Shown piece by piece: positions 24,113 to 39,952 of a DNA stretch of 64,000 bases. Both the position numbers and the translations under genes were made by a program. Each line of letters opens with the position of its first letter. The first letter of the stretch is position 1. The DNA comes from Auanema rhodensis (Eukaryota > Animalia > Nematoda), in contig OZ059896.1 in the NCBI GenBank assembly GCA_964057225.1, forward strand, positions 23,374,001 to 23,438,000, in the 5' to 3' direction. The notes below the pieces were generated by a model. It had not been told where the DNA came from and did no database searches. It was given only the letters and a program-made list of their open reading frames with translations.

Positions 24113-26048
24113 TCCCCATGTCCATATTAGTCTTAAAACAAATTTTTATTAATATTGGTTCATGGTAACCATGTCTTTGAAATTTACGTGAACTTTAATT
24201 TATGCTAATTAAATGTACACGTGATGTGCACTTGGTATGTAACTCGCTTCACGTGAAAGATAAAGAGATGCGGTTTTCAAAATTAGATTCCCCATGTCCA
24301 TATTAGTCTAAAAACAAATTTTTATTAATATTGGTTCATGGTAACCATGTCTTTGAAATTTACGTGAACTTTAATTTATGCTAATTAAATGTACACGTGA
24401 TGTGCACTTGGTATGTAACTCGCTTCACGTGAAAGATAAAGAGATGCGGTTTTCAAAATTAGATTCCCCATGTCCATATTAGTCTAAAAACAAATTTTTA
24501 TTAATATTGGTTCATGGTAACCATGTCTTTGAAATTTACGTGAACTTTAATTTATGCTAATTAAATGTACACGTGATGTGCACTTGGTATGTAACTCGCT
24601 TCACGTGAAAGATAAAGAGATGCGGTTTTCAAAATTAGATTCCCCATGTCCATATTAGTCTAAAAACAAATTTTTATTAATATTGGTTCATGGTAACCAT
24701 GACTTTGAAATTTACGTGAACTTTAATTTATGCTAATTAAATGTACACGTGATGTGCACTTGGTATGTAACTCGCTTCACGTGAAAGATAAAGAGATGCG
24801 GTTTTCAAAATTAGATTCCCCATGTCCATATTAGTCTAAAAACAAATTTTTATTAATATTGGTTCATGGTAACCATGTCTTTGAAATTTACGTGAACTTT
24901 AATTTATGCTAATTAAATGTACACGTGATGTGCACTTGGTATGTAACTCGCTTCACGTGAAAGATAAAGAGATGCGGTTTTCAAAATTAGATTCCCCATG
25001 ACCATATTAGTCTAAAAACAAATTTTTATTGATATTGGTTCAAGGTAACCATGACTTTGAAATTTACGTGAACTTTAATTTATGCTAATTAAATGTACAC
25101 ATGATGTGCACTTGGTATGTAACTCGCTTCATGTGAAAGATAAAGAGATGCGGTTTTCAAAATTAGATTCCCCATGTCCATATTAGTCTAAAAACAAATT
25201 TTTATTAATATTGGTTCATGGTAACCATGTCTTTGAAATTTACGTGAACTTTAATTTATGCTAATTAAATGTACACGTGATGTGCACTTGGTATGTAACT
25301 CGCTTCACGTGAAAGATAAAGAGATGCGGTTTTCAAAATTAGATTCCCCATGTCCATATTAGTCTAAAAACAAATTTTTATTAATATTGGTTCATGGTAA
25401 CCATGTCTTTGAAATTTACGTGAACTTTAATTTATGCTAATTAAATGTACACGTGATGTGCACTTGGTATGTAACTCGCTTCACGTGAAAGATAAAGAGA
25501 TGCGGTTTTCAAAATTAGATTCCCCATGTCCATATTAGTCTAAAAACAAATTTTTATTGATATTGGTTCATGGTAAACATGACTTTGAAATTTACGTGAA
25601 CTTTAATTTATGCTAATTAAATGTACACGTGATGTGCACTTGGTATGTAACTCGCTTCACGTGTAAGATAAAGAGATGCGGTTTTCAAAATTAGATTCCC
25701 CATGTCCATATTAGTCTAAAAACAAATTGTTATTGATATTGGTTCATGGTAACCATGTCTTTGAAATTTTCGTGAACTTTAATTTATGCTAATTAAATGT
25801 ACACGTGATGTGCACTTGGTATGTAACTCGCTTCATGTGAAAGATAAAGAGATGCGGTTTTCAAAATTAGATTCCCCATGTCCATATTAGTCTAAAAACA
25901 AATTTTTATTAATATTGGTTCATGGTAACCATGTCTTTGAAATTTACGTGAACTTTAATTTATGCTAATTAAATGTACACGTGATGTGCTCTTGGTATGT
26001 AACTCGCTTCACGTGAAAGATAAAGAGATGCGGTTTTCAAAATTAGAT
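24113..26048 (+). repeat. 11-monomer block (m138-148) duplicated at 55617-57552 (m317-327), offset 31,504 bp
   Basis: The T9A+T51A+G109A+C140T monomer occurs only at m143 (25001, 25043) and m322 (56505, 56547), with matching neighbours. Confidence 0.9.
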
Positions 26049-29000
26049 TCCCCATGTCCATATTAGTCTAAAAACAAATTTTTATTAATATTGGTTCATG
26101 GTAACCATGTCTTTGAAATTTACGTGAACTTTAATTTATGCTAATTAAATGTACACGTGATGTGCACTTGGTATGTAACTCGCTTCACGTGAAAGATAAA
26201 GAGATGCGGTTTTCAAAATTAGATTCCCCATGTCCATATTAGTCTTAAAACAAATTTTTATTAATATTGGTTCATGGTAACCATGTCTTTGAAATTTACG
26301 TGAACTTTAATTTATGCTAATTAAATGTACACGTGATGTGCACTTGGTATGTAACTCGCTTCACGTGAAAGATAAAGAGATGCGGTTTTCAAAATTAGAT
26401 TCCCCATGTCCATATTAGTCTAAAAACAAATTTTTATTAATATTGGTTCATGGTAACCATGTCTTTGAAATTTACGTGAACTTTAATTTATGCTAATTAA
26501 ATGTACACGTGATGTGCACTTGGTATGTAACTCGCTTCACGTGAAAGATAAAGAGATGCGGTTTTCAAAATTAGATTCCCCATGTCCATATTAGTCTAAA
26601 AACAAATTTTTATTAATATTGGTTCATGGTAACCATGTCTTTGAAATTTACGTGAACTTTAATTTATGCTAATTAAATGTACACGTGATGTGCACTTGGT
26701 ATGTAACTCGCTTCACGTGAAAGATAAAGAGATGCGGTTTTCAAAATTAGATTCCCCATGTCCATATTAGTCTAAAAACAAATTTTTATTAATATTGGTT
26801 CATGGTAACCATGACTTTGAAATTTACGTGAACTTTAATTTATGCTAATTAAATGTACACGTGATGTGCACTTGGTATGTAACTCGCTTCACGTGAAAGA
26901 TAAAGAGATGCGGTTTTCAAAATTAGATTCCCCATGTCCATATTAGTCGAAAAACAAATTTTTATTAATATTGGTTCATGGTAACCATGTCTTTGAAATT
27001 TACGTGAACTTTAATTTATGCTAATTAAATGTACACGTGATGTGCACTTGGTATGTAACTCGCTTCACGTGAAATATAAAGAGATGCGGTTTTCAAAATT
27101 AGATTCCCCATGTCCATATTAGTCTAAAAACAAATTTTTATTAATATTGGTTCATGGTAACCATGTCTTTGAAATTTACGTGAACTTTAATTTATGCTAA
27201 TTAAATGTACACGTGATGTGCACTTGGTATGTAACTCGCTTCACGTGAAAGATAAAGAGATGCGGTTTTCAAAATTAAATTCCCCATGTCCATATTAGTC
27301 TAAAAACAAATTTTTATTGATATTGGTTCATGGTAACCATGACTTTGAAATTTACGTGAACTTTAATTTATGCTAATTAAATGTACACGTGATGTGCACT
27401 TGGTATGTAACTCGCTTCACGTGTAAGATAAAGAGATGCGGTTTTCAAAATTAGATTCCCCATGTCCATATTAGTCTAAAAACAAATTTTTATTGATATT
27501 GGTTCATGGTAACCATGTCTTTGAAATTTTCGTGAACTTTAATTTATGCTAATTAAATGTACACGTGATGTGCACTTGGTATGTAACTCGCTTCACGTGA
27601 AAGATAAAGAGATGCGGTTTTCAAAATTAGATTCCCCATGTCCATATTAGTCTAAAAACAAATTTTTCTTGATATTGGTTCATGGTAACCATGACTTTGA
27701 AATTTACGTGAACTTTAATTTATGCTAATTAAATGTACACGTGATGTGCACTTGGTATGTAACTCGCTTCACGTGAAAGATAAAGAGATGCGGTTTTCAA
27801 AATTAGATTCCCCATGTCCATATTAGTCTAAAAACAAATTTTTATTGATATTGGTTCATGGTAACCATGACTTTGAAATTTACGTGAACTTTAATTTATG
27901 CTAATTAAATGTACACGTGATGTGCACTTGGTATGTAACTCGCTTTACGTGAAAGATAAAGAGATGCGGTTTTCAAAATTAGATTCCCCATGTCCATATT
28001 AGTCTAAAAACAAATTTTTATTAATATTGGTTCATGGTAACCATGTCTTTGAAATTTACGTGAACTTTAATTTATGCTAATTAAATGTACACGTGATGTG
28101 CACTTGGTATGTAACTCGCTTCACGTGAAAGATAAAGAGATGCGGTTTTCAAAATTAGATTCTTCATGTCCATATTAGTCTAAAAACAAATTTTTATTAA
28201 TATTGGTTCATGGTAACCATGTCTTTGAAATTTACGTGAACTTTAATTTATGCTAATTAAATGTACACGTGATGTGCACTTGGTATGTAACTCGCTTCAC
28301 GTGAAAGATAAAGAGATGCGGTTTTCAAAATTAGATTCCCCATGTCCATATTAGTCTAAAAACAAATTTTTATTAATATTGGTTCATGGTAACCATGTCT
28401 TTGAAATTTACGTGAACTTTAATTTATGCTAATTAAATGTACACGTGATGTGCACTTGGTATGTAACTCGCTTCACGTGAAAGATAAAGAGATGCGGTTT
28501 TCAAAATTAGATTCCCCATGTCCATATTAGTCTAAAAACAAATTTTTATTGATATTGGTTCATGGTAACCATGACTTTGAAATTTACGTGAACTTTAATT
28601 TATGCTAATTAAATGTACACGTGATGTGCACTTGGTATGTAACTCGCTTCACGTGAAAGATAAAGAGATGCGGTTTTCAAAATTAGATTCCCCATTTCCA
28701 TATTAGTCTAAAAACAAATTTTTATTAATATTGGTTCATGGTAACCATGTCTTTGAAATTTACGTGAACTTTAATTTATGCTAATTAAATGTACACGTGA
28801 TGTGCACTTGGTATGTAACTCGCTTCACGTGAAAGATAAAGAGATGCGGTTTTCAAAATTAGATTCCCCATGTCCATATTAGTCTAAAAACAAATTTTTA
28901 TTGATATTGGTTCATGGTAACCATGATTTTGAAATTTACGTGAACTTTAATTTATGCTAATTAAATGTACACGTGATGTGCACTTGGTATGTAACTCGCT

Positions 29001-32000
29001 TCACGTGAAAGATAAAGAAATGCGGTTTTCAAAATTAGATTCCCCATGTCCATTTTAGTCTAAAAACAAATTTTTATTGATATTGGTTCATGGTAACCAT
29101 GACTTTGAAATTTACGTGAACTTTAATTTATGCTAATTAAATGTACACGTGATGTGCACTTGGTATGTAACTCGCTTCACGTGAAAGATAAAGAGATGCG
29201 GTTTTCAAAATTAGATTCCCCATGTCCATATTAGTCTAAAAACAAATTTTTATTAATATTGGTTCATGGTAACCATGTCTTTGAAATTTACGTGAACTTT
29301 AATTTATGCTAATTAAATGTACACGTGATGTGCTCTTGGTATGTAACTCGCTTCACGTGAAAGATAAAGAGATGCGGTTTTCAAAATTAGATTCCCCATG
29401 TCCATATTAGTCTAAAAACAAATTTTTATTGATATTGGTTCATGGTAACCATGACTTTGAAATTTACGTGAACTTTAATTTATGCTAATTAAATGTACAC
29501 GTGATGTGCACTTGGTATGTAACTCGCTTCACGTGAAAGATAAAGAGATGCGGTTTTCAAAATTAGATTCCCCATGTCCATATTAGTCTAAAAACAAATT
29601 TTTATTAATATTGGTTCATGGTAACCATGTCTTTGAAATTTACGTGAACTTTAATTTATGCTAATTAAATGTACACGTGATGTGCACTTGGTATGTAACT
29701 CGCTTCACGTGAAAGATAAAGAGATGCGGTTTTCAAAATTAGATTCCCCATGTCCATATTAGTCTAAAAACAAATTTTTATTAATATTGGTTCATGGTAA
29801 CCATGTCTTTGAAATTTACGTGAACTTTAATTTATGCTAATTAAATGTACACGTGATGTGCACTTGGTATGTAACTCGCTTCACGTGAAAGATAAAGAGA
29901 TGCGGTTTTCAAAATTAGATTCCCCATGTCCATATTAGTCTAAAAACAAATTTTTATTAATATTGGTTCATGGTAACCATGTCTTTGAAATTTACGTGAA
30001 CTTTAATTTATGCTAATTAAATGTACACGTGATGTGCACTTGGTATGTAACTCGCTTCACGTGAAAGATAAAGAGATGCGGTTTTCAAAATTAAATTCCC
30101 CATGTCCATATTAGTCAAAAAACAAATTTTTATTGATATTGGTTCATGGTAACCATGACTTTGAAATTTACGTGAACTTTAATTTATGCTAATTAAATGT
30201 ACACGTGATGTGCACTTGGTATGTAACTCGCTTCACGTGAAAGATAAAGAGATGCGGTTTTCAAAATTAGATTCCCCATCTCCATATTAGTCTAAAAACA
30301 AATTTTTATTAATATTGGTTCATGGTAACCATGTCTTTGAAATTTACGTGAACTTTAATTTATGCTAATTAAATGTACACGTGATGTGCACTTGGTATGT
30401 AACTCGCTTCACGTGAAAGATAAAGAGATGCGGTTTTCAAAATTAGATTCCCCATGTCCATATTAGTCTAAAAACAAATTTTTATTAATATTGGTTCATG
30501 GTAACCATGTCTTTGAAATTTACGTGAACTTTAATTTATGCTAATTAAATGTACACGTGATGTGCACTTGGTATGTAACTCGCTTCACGTAAAAGATAAA
30601 GAGATGCGGTCTTCAAAATTAGATTCCCCATGTCCATATTAGTCTAAAAACAAATTTTTATTGATATTAGTTCATGGTAACCATGACTTTGAAATTTACG
30701 TGAACTTTAATTTATGCTAATTAAATGTACACGTGATGTGCACTTGGTATGTAACTCGCTTCACGTGAAAGATAAAGAGATGCGGTTTTCAAAATTAGAT
30801 TCCCCATGTCCATATTAGTCTAAAAACAAATTTTTATTGATATTGCTTCATGGTAACCATGACTTTGAAATTTACGTGAACTTTAATTTATGCTAATTAA
30901 ATGTACACGTGATGTGCACTTGGTATGTAACTCGCTTCACGTGAAAGATAAAGAGATGCGGTTTTCAAAATTAGATTCCCCATGTCCATATTAGTCTAAA
31001 AACAAATTTTTATTAATATTGGTTCATGGTAACCATGTCTTTGAAATTTACGTGAACTTTAATTTATGCTAATTAAATGTACACGTGATGTGCACTTGGT
31101 ATGTAACTCGCTTCACGTGAAAGATAAAGAGATGCGGTTTTCAAAATTAGATTCCCCATGTCCATATTAGTCTAAAAACAAATTTTTATTGATATTGGTT
31201 CATGGTAACCATGACTTTGAAATTTACGTGAACTTTAATTTATGCTAATTAAATGTACACGTGATGTGCACTTGGTATGTAACTCGCTTCACGTGAAAGA
31301 TAAAGAGATGCGGTTTTCAAAATTAGATTCCCCATGTCCATATTAGTCTAAAAACAAATTTTTATTAATATTGGTTCATGGTAACCATGACTTTGAAATT
31401 TACGTGAACTTTAATTTATGCTAATTAAATGTACACGTGATGTGCACTTGGTATGTAACTCGCTTCACGTGAAAGATAAAGAGATGCGGTTTTCAAAATT
31501 AGATTCCCCATGTCCATATTAGTCTAAAAACAAATTTTTATTAATATTGGTTCATGGTAACCATGTCTTTGAAATTTACGTGAACTTTAATTTATGCTAA
31601 TTAAATGTACACGTGATGTGCACTTGGTATGTAACTCGCTTCACGTGAAAGATAAAGAGATGCGGTTTTCAAAATTAGATTCCCCATGTCCATATTAGTC
31701 TTAAAACAAATTTTTATTAATATTGGTTCATGGTAACCATGACTTTGAAATTTACGTGAACTTTAATTTATGCTAATTAAATGTACACGTGATGTGCACT
31801 TGGTATGTAACTCGCTTCACGTGAAAGATAAAGAGATGCGGTTTTCAAAATTAGATTCCCCATGTCCATATTAGTCTAAAAACAAATTTTTATTAATATT
31901 GGTTCATGGTAACCATGTCTTTGAAATTTACGTGAACTTTAATTTATGCTAATTAAATGTACACGTGATGTGCACTTGGTATGTAACTCGCTTCACGTGA

Positions 32001-35000
32001 AAGATAAAGAGATGCGGTTTTCAAAATTAGATTCCCCATGTCCATATTAGTCTAAAAACAAATTTTTATTAATATTGGTTCATGGTAACCATGTCTTTGA
32101 AATTTACGTGAACTTTAATTTATGCTAATTAAATGTACACGTGATGTGCACTTGGTATGTAACTCGCTTCACGTGAAAGATAAAGAGATGCGGTTTTCAA
32201 AATTAGATTCCCCATGTCCATATTAGTCTAAAAACAAATTTTTATTAATATTGGTTCATGGTAACCATGTCTTTGAAATTTACGTGAACTTTAATTTATG
32301 CTAATTAAATGTACACGTGATGTGCACTTGGTATGTAACTCGCTTCACGTGAAAGATAAAGAGATGCGGTTTTCAAAATTAGATTCCCCATGTCCATATT
32401 GGTCTAAAAACAAATTTTTATTAATATTGGTTCATGGTAACCATGTCTTTGAAATTTACGTGAACTTTAATTTATGCTAATTAAATGTACACGTGATGTG
32501 CACTTGGTATGTAACTCGCTTCACGTGAAAGATAAAGAGATGCGGTTTTCAAAATTAGATTCCCCATGTCCATATTAGACTAAAAACAAATTTTTATTGA
32601 TATTGGTTCATGGTAACCATGACTTTGAAATTTACGTGAACTTTAATTTATGCTAATTAAATGTACACGTGATGTGCACTTGGTATGTAACTCGCTTCAC
32701 GTGAAAGATAAAGAGATGCGGTTTTCAAAATTAGATTCCCCATGTCCATATTAGTCTAAAAACAAATTTTTATTAATATTGGTTCATGGTAACCATGTCT
32801 TTGAAATTTACGTGAACTTTAATTTATGCTAATTAAATGTACACGTGATGTGCACTTGGTATGTAACTCGCTTCACGTGAAAGATAAAGAGATGCGGTTT
32901 TCAAAATTAGATTCCCCATGTCCATATTAGTCTAAAAACAAATTTTTATTAATATTGGTTCATGGTAACCATGTCTTTGAAATTTACGTGAACTTTAATT
33001 TATGCTAATTAAATGTACACGTGATGTGCACTTGGTATGTAACTCGCTTCACGTAAAAGATAAAGAGATGCGGTCTTCAAAATTAGATTCCCCATGTCCA
33101 TATTAGTCTAAAAACAAATTTTTATTGATATTAGTTCATGGTAACCATGACTTTGAAATTTACGTGAACTTTAATTTATGCTAATTAAATGTACACGTGA
33201 TGTGCACTTGGTATGTAACTCGCTTCACGTGAAAGATAAAGAGATGCGGTTTTCAAAATTAGATTCCCCATGTCCATATTAGTCTAAAAACAAATTTTTA
33301 TTGATATTGCTTCATGGTAACCATGACTTTGAAATTTACGTGAACTTTAATTTATGCTAATTAAATGTACACGTGATGTGCACTTGGTATGTAACTCGCT
33401 TCACGTGAAAGATAAAGAGATGCGGTTTTCAAAATTAGATTCCCCATGTCCATATTAGTCTAAAAACAAATTTTTATTAATATTGGTTCATGGTAACCAT
33501 GTCTTTGAAATTTACGTGAACTTTAATTTATGCTAATTAAATGTACACGTGATGTGCACTTGGTATGTAACTCGCTTCACGTGAAAGATAAAGAGATGCG
33601 GTTTTCAAAATTAGATTCCCCATGTCCATATTAGTCTAAAAACAAATTTTTATTAATATTGGTTCATGGTAACCATGACTTTGAAATTTACGTGAACTTT
33701 AATTTATGCTAATTAAATGTACACGTGATGTGCACTTGGTATGTAACTCGCTTCACGTGAAAGATAAAGAGATGCGGTTTTCAAAATTAGATTCCCCATG
33801 TCCATATTAGTCTAAAAACAAATTTTTATTAATATTGGTTCATGGTAACCATGACTTTGAAATTTACGTGAACTTTAATTTATGCTAATTAAATGTACAC
33901 GTGATGTGCACTTGGTATGTAACTCGCTTCACGTGAAAGATAAAGAGATGCGGTTTTCAAAATTAGATTCCCCATGTCCATATTAGTCTAAAAACAAATT
34001 TTTATTAATATTGGTTCATGGTAACCATGTCTTTGAAATTTACGTGAACTTTAATTTATGCTAATTAAATGTACACGTGATGTGCACTTGGTATGTAACT
34101 CGCTTCACGTGAAAGATAAAGAGATGCGGTTTTCAAAATTAGATTCCCCATGTCCATATTAGTCTAAAAACAAATTTTTATTAATATTGGTTCATGGTAA
34201 CCATGTCTTTGAAATTTACGTGAACTTTAATTTATGCTAATTAAATGTACACGTGATGTGCACTTGGTATGTAACTCGCTTCACGTGAAAGATAAAGAGA
34301 TGCGGTTTTCAAAATTAGATTCCCCATGTCCATATTAGTCTAAAAACAAATTTTTATTAATATTGGTTCATGGTAACCATGTCTTTGAAATTTACGTGAA
34401 CTTTAATTTATGCTAATTAAATGTACACGTGATGTGCACTTGGTATGTAACCTGCTTCACGTGAAAGATAAAGAGATGCGGTTTTCAAAATTAGATTCCC
34501 CATGTCCATATTAGTCTAAAAACAAATTTTTATTAATATTGGTTCATGGTAACCATGTCTTTGAAATTTACGTGAACTTTAATTTATGCTAATTAAATGT
34601 ACACGTGATGTGCACTTGGTATGTAACTCGCTTCACGTGAAAGATAAAGAAATGCGGTTTTCAAAATTAGATTCCCCATGTCCATATTAGACTAAAAACA
34701 AATTTTTATTGGTATTGGTTCATGGTAACCATGACTTTGAAATTTACGTGAACTTTAATTTATGCTAATTAAATGTACACGTGATGTGCACTTGGTATGT
34801 AACTCCCTTCACGTGAAAGATAAAGAGATGCGGTTTTCAAAATTAGATTCCCCATGTCCATATTAGTCTAAAAACAATTTTTTATTAATATTGGTTCATG
34901 GTAACCATGTCTTTGAAATTTACGTGAACTTTAATTTATGCTAATTAAATGTACACGTGATGTGCACTTGGTATGTAACTCGCTTCACGTAAAAGATAAA

Positions 35001-36784
35001 GAGATGCGGTCTTCAAAATTAGATTCCCCATGTCCATATTAGTCTAAAAACAAATTTTTATTGATATTGGTTCATGGTAACCATGATTTTGAAATTTACG
35101 TGAACTTTAATTTATGCTAATTAAATGTACACGTGATGTGCACTTGGTATGTAACTCGCTTCACGTGAAAGATAAAGAGATGCGGTTTTCAAAATTAGAT
35201 TCCCCATGTCCATATTAGTCTAAAAACAAATTTTTATTAATATTGGTTCATGGTAACCATGTCTTTGAAATTTACGTGAACTTTAATTTATGCTAATTAA
35301 ATGTACACGTGATGTGCACTTGGTATGTAACTCGCTTCACGTGAAAGATAAAGAGATGCGGTTTTCAAAATTAGATTCCCCATGTCCATATTAGTCTAAA
35401 AACAAATTTTTATTAATATTGGTTCATGGTAACCATGTCTTTGAAATTTACGTGAACTTTAATTTATGCTAATTAAATGTACACGTGATGTGCACTTGGT
35501 ATGTAACTCGCTTCACGTGAAAGATAAAGAGATGCGGTTTTCAAAATTAGATTCCCCATGTCCATATTAGTCTAAAAACAAATTTTTATTAATATTGGTT
35601 CATGGTAACCATGTCTTTGAAATTTACGTGAACTTTAATTTATGCTAATTAAATGTACACGTGATGTGCACTTGGTATGTAACTCGCTTCACGTGAAAGA
35701 TAAAGAGATGCGGTTTTCAAAATTAGATTCCCCATGTCCATATTAGTCTAAAAACAAATTTTTATTAATATTGGTTCATGGTAACCATGTCTTTGAAATT
35801 TACGTGAACTTTAATTTATGCTAATTAAATGTACACGTGATGTGCACTTGGTATGTAACTCGCTTCACGTGAAAGATAAAGAGATGCGGTTTTCAAAATT
35901 AGATTCCCCATGTCCATATTAGTCTAAAAACAAATTTTTATTGATATTGATTCATGGTAACCATGACTTTGAAATTTACGTGAACTTTAATTTATGCTAA
36001 TTAAATGTACACGTGATGTGCACTTGGTATGTAACTCGCTTCACGTGAAAGATAAAGAGATGCGGTTTTCAAAATTAGATTCCCCATGTCCATATTAGTC
36101 TAAAAACAAATTTTTATTAATATTGGTTCATGGTAACCATGTCTTTGAAATTTACGTGAACTTTAATTTATGCTAATTAAATGTACACGTGATGTGCACT
36201 TGGTATGTAACTCGCTTCACGTGAAAGATAAAGAAATGCGGTTTTCAAAATTAGATTCCCCATGTCCATTTTAGTCTAAAAACAAATTTTTATTGATATT
36301 GGTTCATGGTAACCATGACTTTGAAATTTACGTGAACTTTAATTTATGCTAATTAAATGTACACGTGATGTGCACTTGGTATGTAACTCGCTTCACGTGA
36401 AAGATAAAGAGATGCGGTTTTCAAAATTAGATTCCCCATGTCCATATTAGTCTAAAAACAAATTTTTATTAATATTGGTTCATGGTAACCATGTCTTTGA
36501 AATTTACGTGAACTTTAATTTATGCTAATTAAATGTACACGTGATGTGCACTTGGTATGTAACTCGCTTCACGTGAAAGATAAAGAGATGCGGTTTTCAA
36601 AATTAGATTCCCCATGTCCATATTAGTCTAAAAACAAATTTTTATTAATATTGGTTCATGGTAACCATGTCTTTGAAATTTACGTGAACTTTAATTTATG
36701 CTAATTAAATGTACACGTGATGTGCACTTGGTATGTAACTCGCTTCACGTGAAAGATAAAGAGATGCGGTTTTCAAAATTAGAT

Positions 36785-39700
36785 TCCCCATGTCCATATT
36801 AGTCTAAAAACAAATTTTTATTGATATTGGTTCATGGTAACCATGACTTTGAAATTTACGTGAACTTTAATTTATGCTAATTAAATGTACACGTGATGTG
36901 CACTTGGTATGTAACTCGCTTCACGTGAAAGATAAAGAGATGCGGTTTTCAAAATTAGATTCCCCATGTCCATATTAGTCTAAAAACAAATTTTTATTGA
37001 TATTGGTTCATGGTAACCATGACTTTGAAATTTACGTGAACTTTAATTTATGCTAATTAAATGTACACGTGATGTGCACTTGGTATGTAACTCGCTTCAC
37101 GTGAAAGATAAAGAGATGCGGTTTTCAAAATTAGATTTCCCATGTCCATATTAGTCTAAAAACAAATTTTTATTGATATTGGTTCATGGTAACCATGACT
37201 TTGAAATTTACGTGAACTTTAATTTATGCTAATTAAATGTACACGTGATGTGCACTTGGTATGTAACTCGCTTCACGTGAAAGATAAAGAGATGCGGTTT
37301 TCAAAATTAGATTCCCCATTTCCATATTAGTCTAAAAACAAATTTTTATCGATATTGGTTCATGGTAACCATGATTTTGAAATTTACGTGAATTTTAATT
37401 TATGCTAATTAAATGTACACGTGATGTGCACTTGGTATGTAACTCGCTTCACGTGAAAGATAAAGAGATGCGGTTTTCAAAATTAGATTCCCCATGTCCA
37501 TATTAGTCTAAAAACAAATTTTTATTAATATTGGTTCATGGTAACCATGTCTTTGAAATTTACGTGAACTTTAATTTATTCTAATTAAATGTACACGTGA
37601 TGTGCACTTGGTATGTAACTCGCTTCACGTGAAAGATAAAGAGATGCGGTTTTCAAAATTAGATTTCCCATGTCCATATTAGTCTAAAAACAAATTTTTA
37701 TTGATATTGGTTCATGGTAACCATGACTTTGAAATTTACGTGAACTTTAATTTATGCTAATTAAATGTACACGTGATGTGCACTTGGTATGTAACTCGCT
37801 TCACGTGAAAGATAAAGAGATGCGGTTTTCAAAATTAGATTTCCCATGTCCATATTAGTCTAAAAACAAATTTTTATTGATATTGGTTCATGGTAACCAT
37901 GACTTTGAAATTTACGTGAACTTTAATTTATGCTAATTAAATGTACACGTGATGTGCACTTGGTATGTAACTCGCTTCACGTGAAAGATAAAGAGATGCG
38001 GTTTTCAAAATTAGATTTCCCATTTCCATATTAGTCTAAAAACAAATTTTTATTGATATTGGTTCATGGTAACCATGATTTTGAAATTTACGTGAACTTT
38101 AATTTATGCTAATTAAATGTACACGTGATGTGCACTTGGTATGTAACTCGCTTCACGTGAAAGATAAAGAAATGCGGTTTTCAAAATTAGATTCCCCATG
38201 TCCATATTAGTCTAAAAACAAATTTTTATTGATATTGGTTCATGGTAACCATGACTTTGAAATTTACGTGAACTTTAATTTATGCTAATTAAATGTACAC
38301 GTGATGTGCACTTGGTATGTAACTCGCTTCACGTGAAAGATAAAGAGATGCGGTTTTCAAAATTAGATTCCCCATGTGCATATTAGTCTAAAAACAAATT
38401 TTTATTGATATTGGTTCATGGTAACCATGACTTTGAAATTTACGTGAACTTTAATTTATGCTAATTAAATGTACACGTGATGTGCACTTGGTATGTAACT
38501 CGCTTCACGTGAAAGATAAAGAGATGCGGATTTCAAAATTAAATTCCCCATGTCCATATTAGTCTAAAAACAAATTTTAATTGATATTGGTTCATGGTAA
38601 CCATGACTTTGAAATTTACGTGAACTTTAATTTATGCTAATTAAATGTACACGTGATGTGCACTTGGTATGTAACTCGCTTCACGTGAAAGATAAAGAGA
38701 TGCGGTTTTCAAAATTAGATTCCCCATGTCCATATTAGTCTAAAAACAAATTTTTATTGATATTGGTTCATGGTAACCATGACTTTGAAATTTACGTGAA
38801 CTTTAATTTATGCTAATTAAATGTACACGTGATGTGCACTTGGTATGTAACTCGCTTCACGTGAAAGATAAAGAGATGCGGTTTTCAAAATTAGATTTCC
38901 CATTTCCATATTAGTCTAAAAACAAATTTTTATTGATATTGGTTCATGGTAACCATGATTTTGAAATTTACGTGAACTTTAATTTATGCTAATTAAATGT
39001 ACACGTGATGTGCACTTGGTATGTAACTCGCTTCACGTGAAAGATAAAGAAATGCGGTTTTCAAAATTAGATTCCCCATGTCCATATTAGTCTAAAAACA
39101 AATTTTTATTGATATTGGTTCATGGTAACCATGACTTTGAAATTTACGTGAACTTTAATTTATGCTAATTAAATGTACACGTGATGTGCACTTGGTATGT
39201 AACTCGCTTCACGTGAAAGATAAAGAGATGCGGTTTTCAAAATTAGATTCCCCATGTCCATATTAGTCTAAAAACAAATTTTTATTGATATTGGTTCATG
39301 GTAACCATGACTTTGAAATTTACGTGAACTTTAATTTATGCTAATTAAATGTACACGTGATGTGCACTTGGTATGTAACTCGCTTCACGTGAAAGATAAA
39401 GAGATGCGGTTTTCAAAATTAGATTTCCCATGTCCATATTAGTCTAAAAACAAATTTTTATTGATATTGGTTCATGGTAACCATGACTTTGAAATTTACG
39501 TGAACTTTAATTTATGCTAATTAAATGTACACGTGATGTGCACTTGGTATGTAACTCGCTTCACGTGAAAGATAAAGAGATGCGGTTTTCAAAATTAGAT
39601 TCCCCATGTCCATATTAGTCTAAAAACAAATTTTTATTGATATTGGTTCATGGTAACCATGACTTTGAAATTTACGTGAACTTTAATTTATGCTAATTAA

Positions 39701-39952
39701 ATGTACACGTGATGTGCACTTGGTATGTAACTCGCTTCACGTGAAAGATAAAGAGATGCGGTTTTCAAAATTAGATTCCCCATGTCCATATTAGTCTAAA
39801 AACAAATTTTTATTGATATTGGTTCATGGTAACCATGTCTTTGAAATTTACGTGAACTTTAATTTATGCTAATTAAATGTACACGTGATGTGCACTTGGT
39901 ATGTAACTCGCTTCACGTGAAAGATAAAGAGATGCGGTTTTCAAAATTAGAT
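36785..39952 (+). repeat. Distinct sub-domain of almost pure G39/A62 monomers enriched in C2T (m210-227)
   Basis: 16 of 18 monomers are G39/A62; C2T occurs in m212, 215, 216, 217, 222 and 225; several variants are seen only here. Confidence 0.85.

Noticed and set aside
32298-32480. Fourth 60-aa ORF (W variant)
   Set aside because: It arises from a single A17G change in m185 that is absent from the sister monomer m42; a chance read-through.
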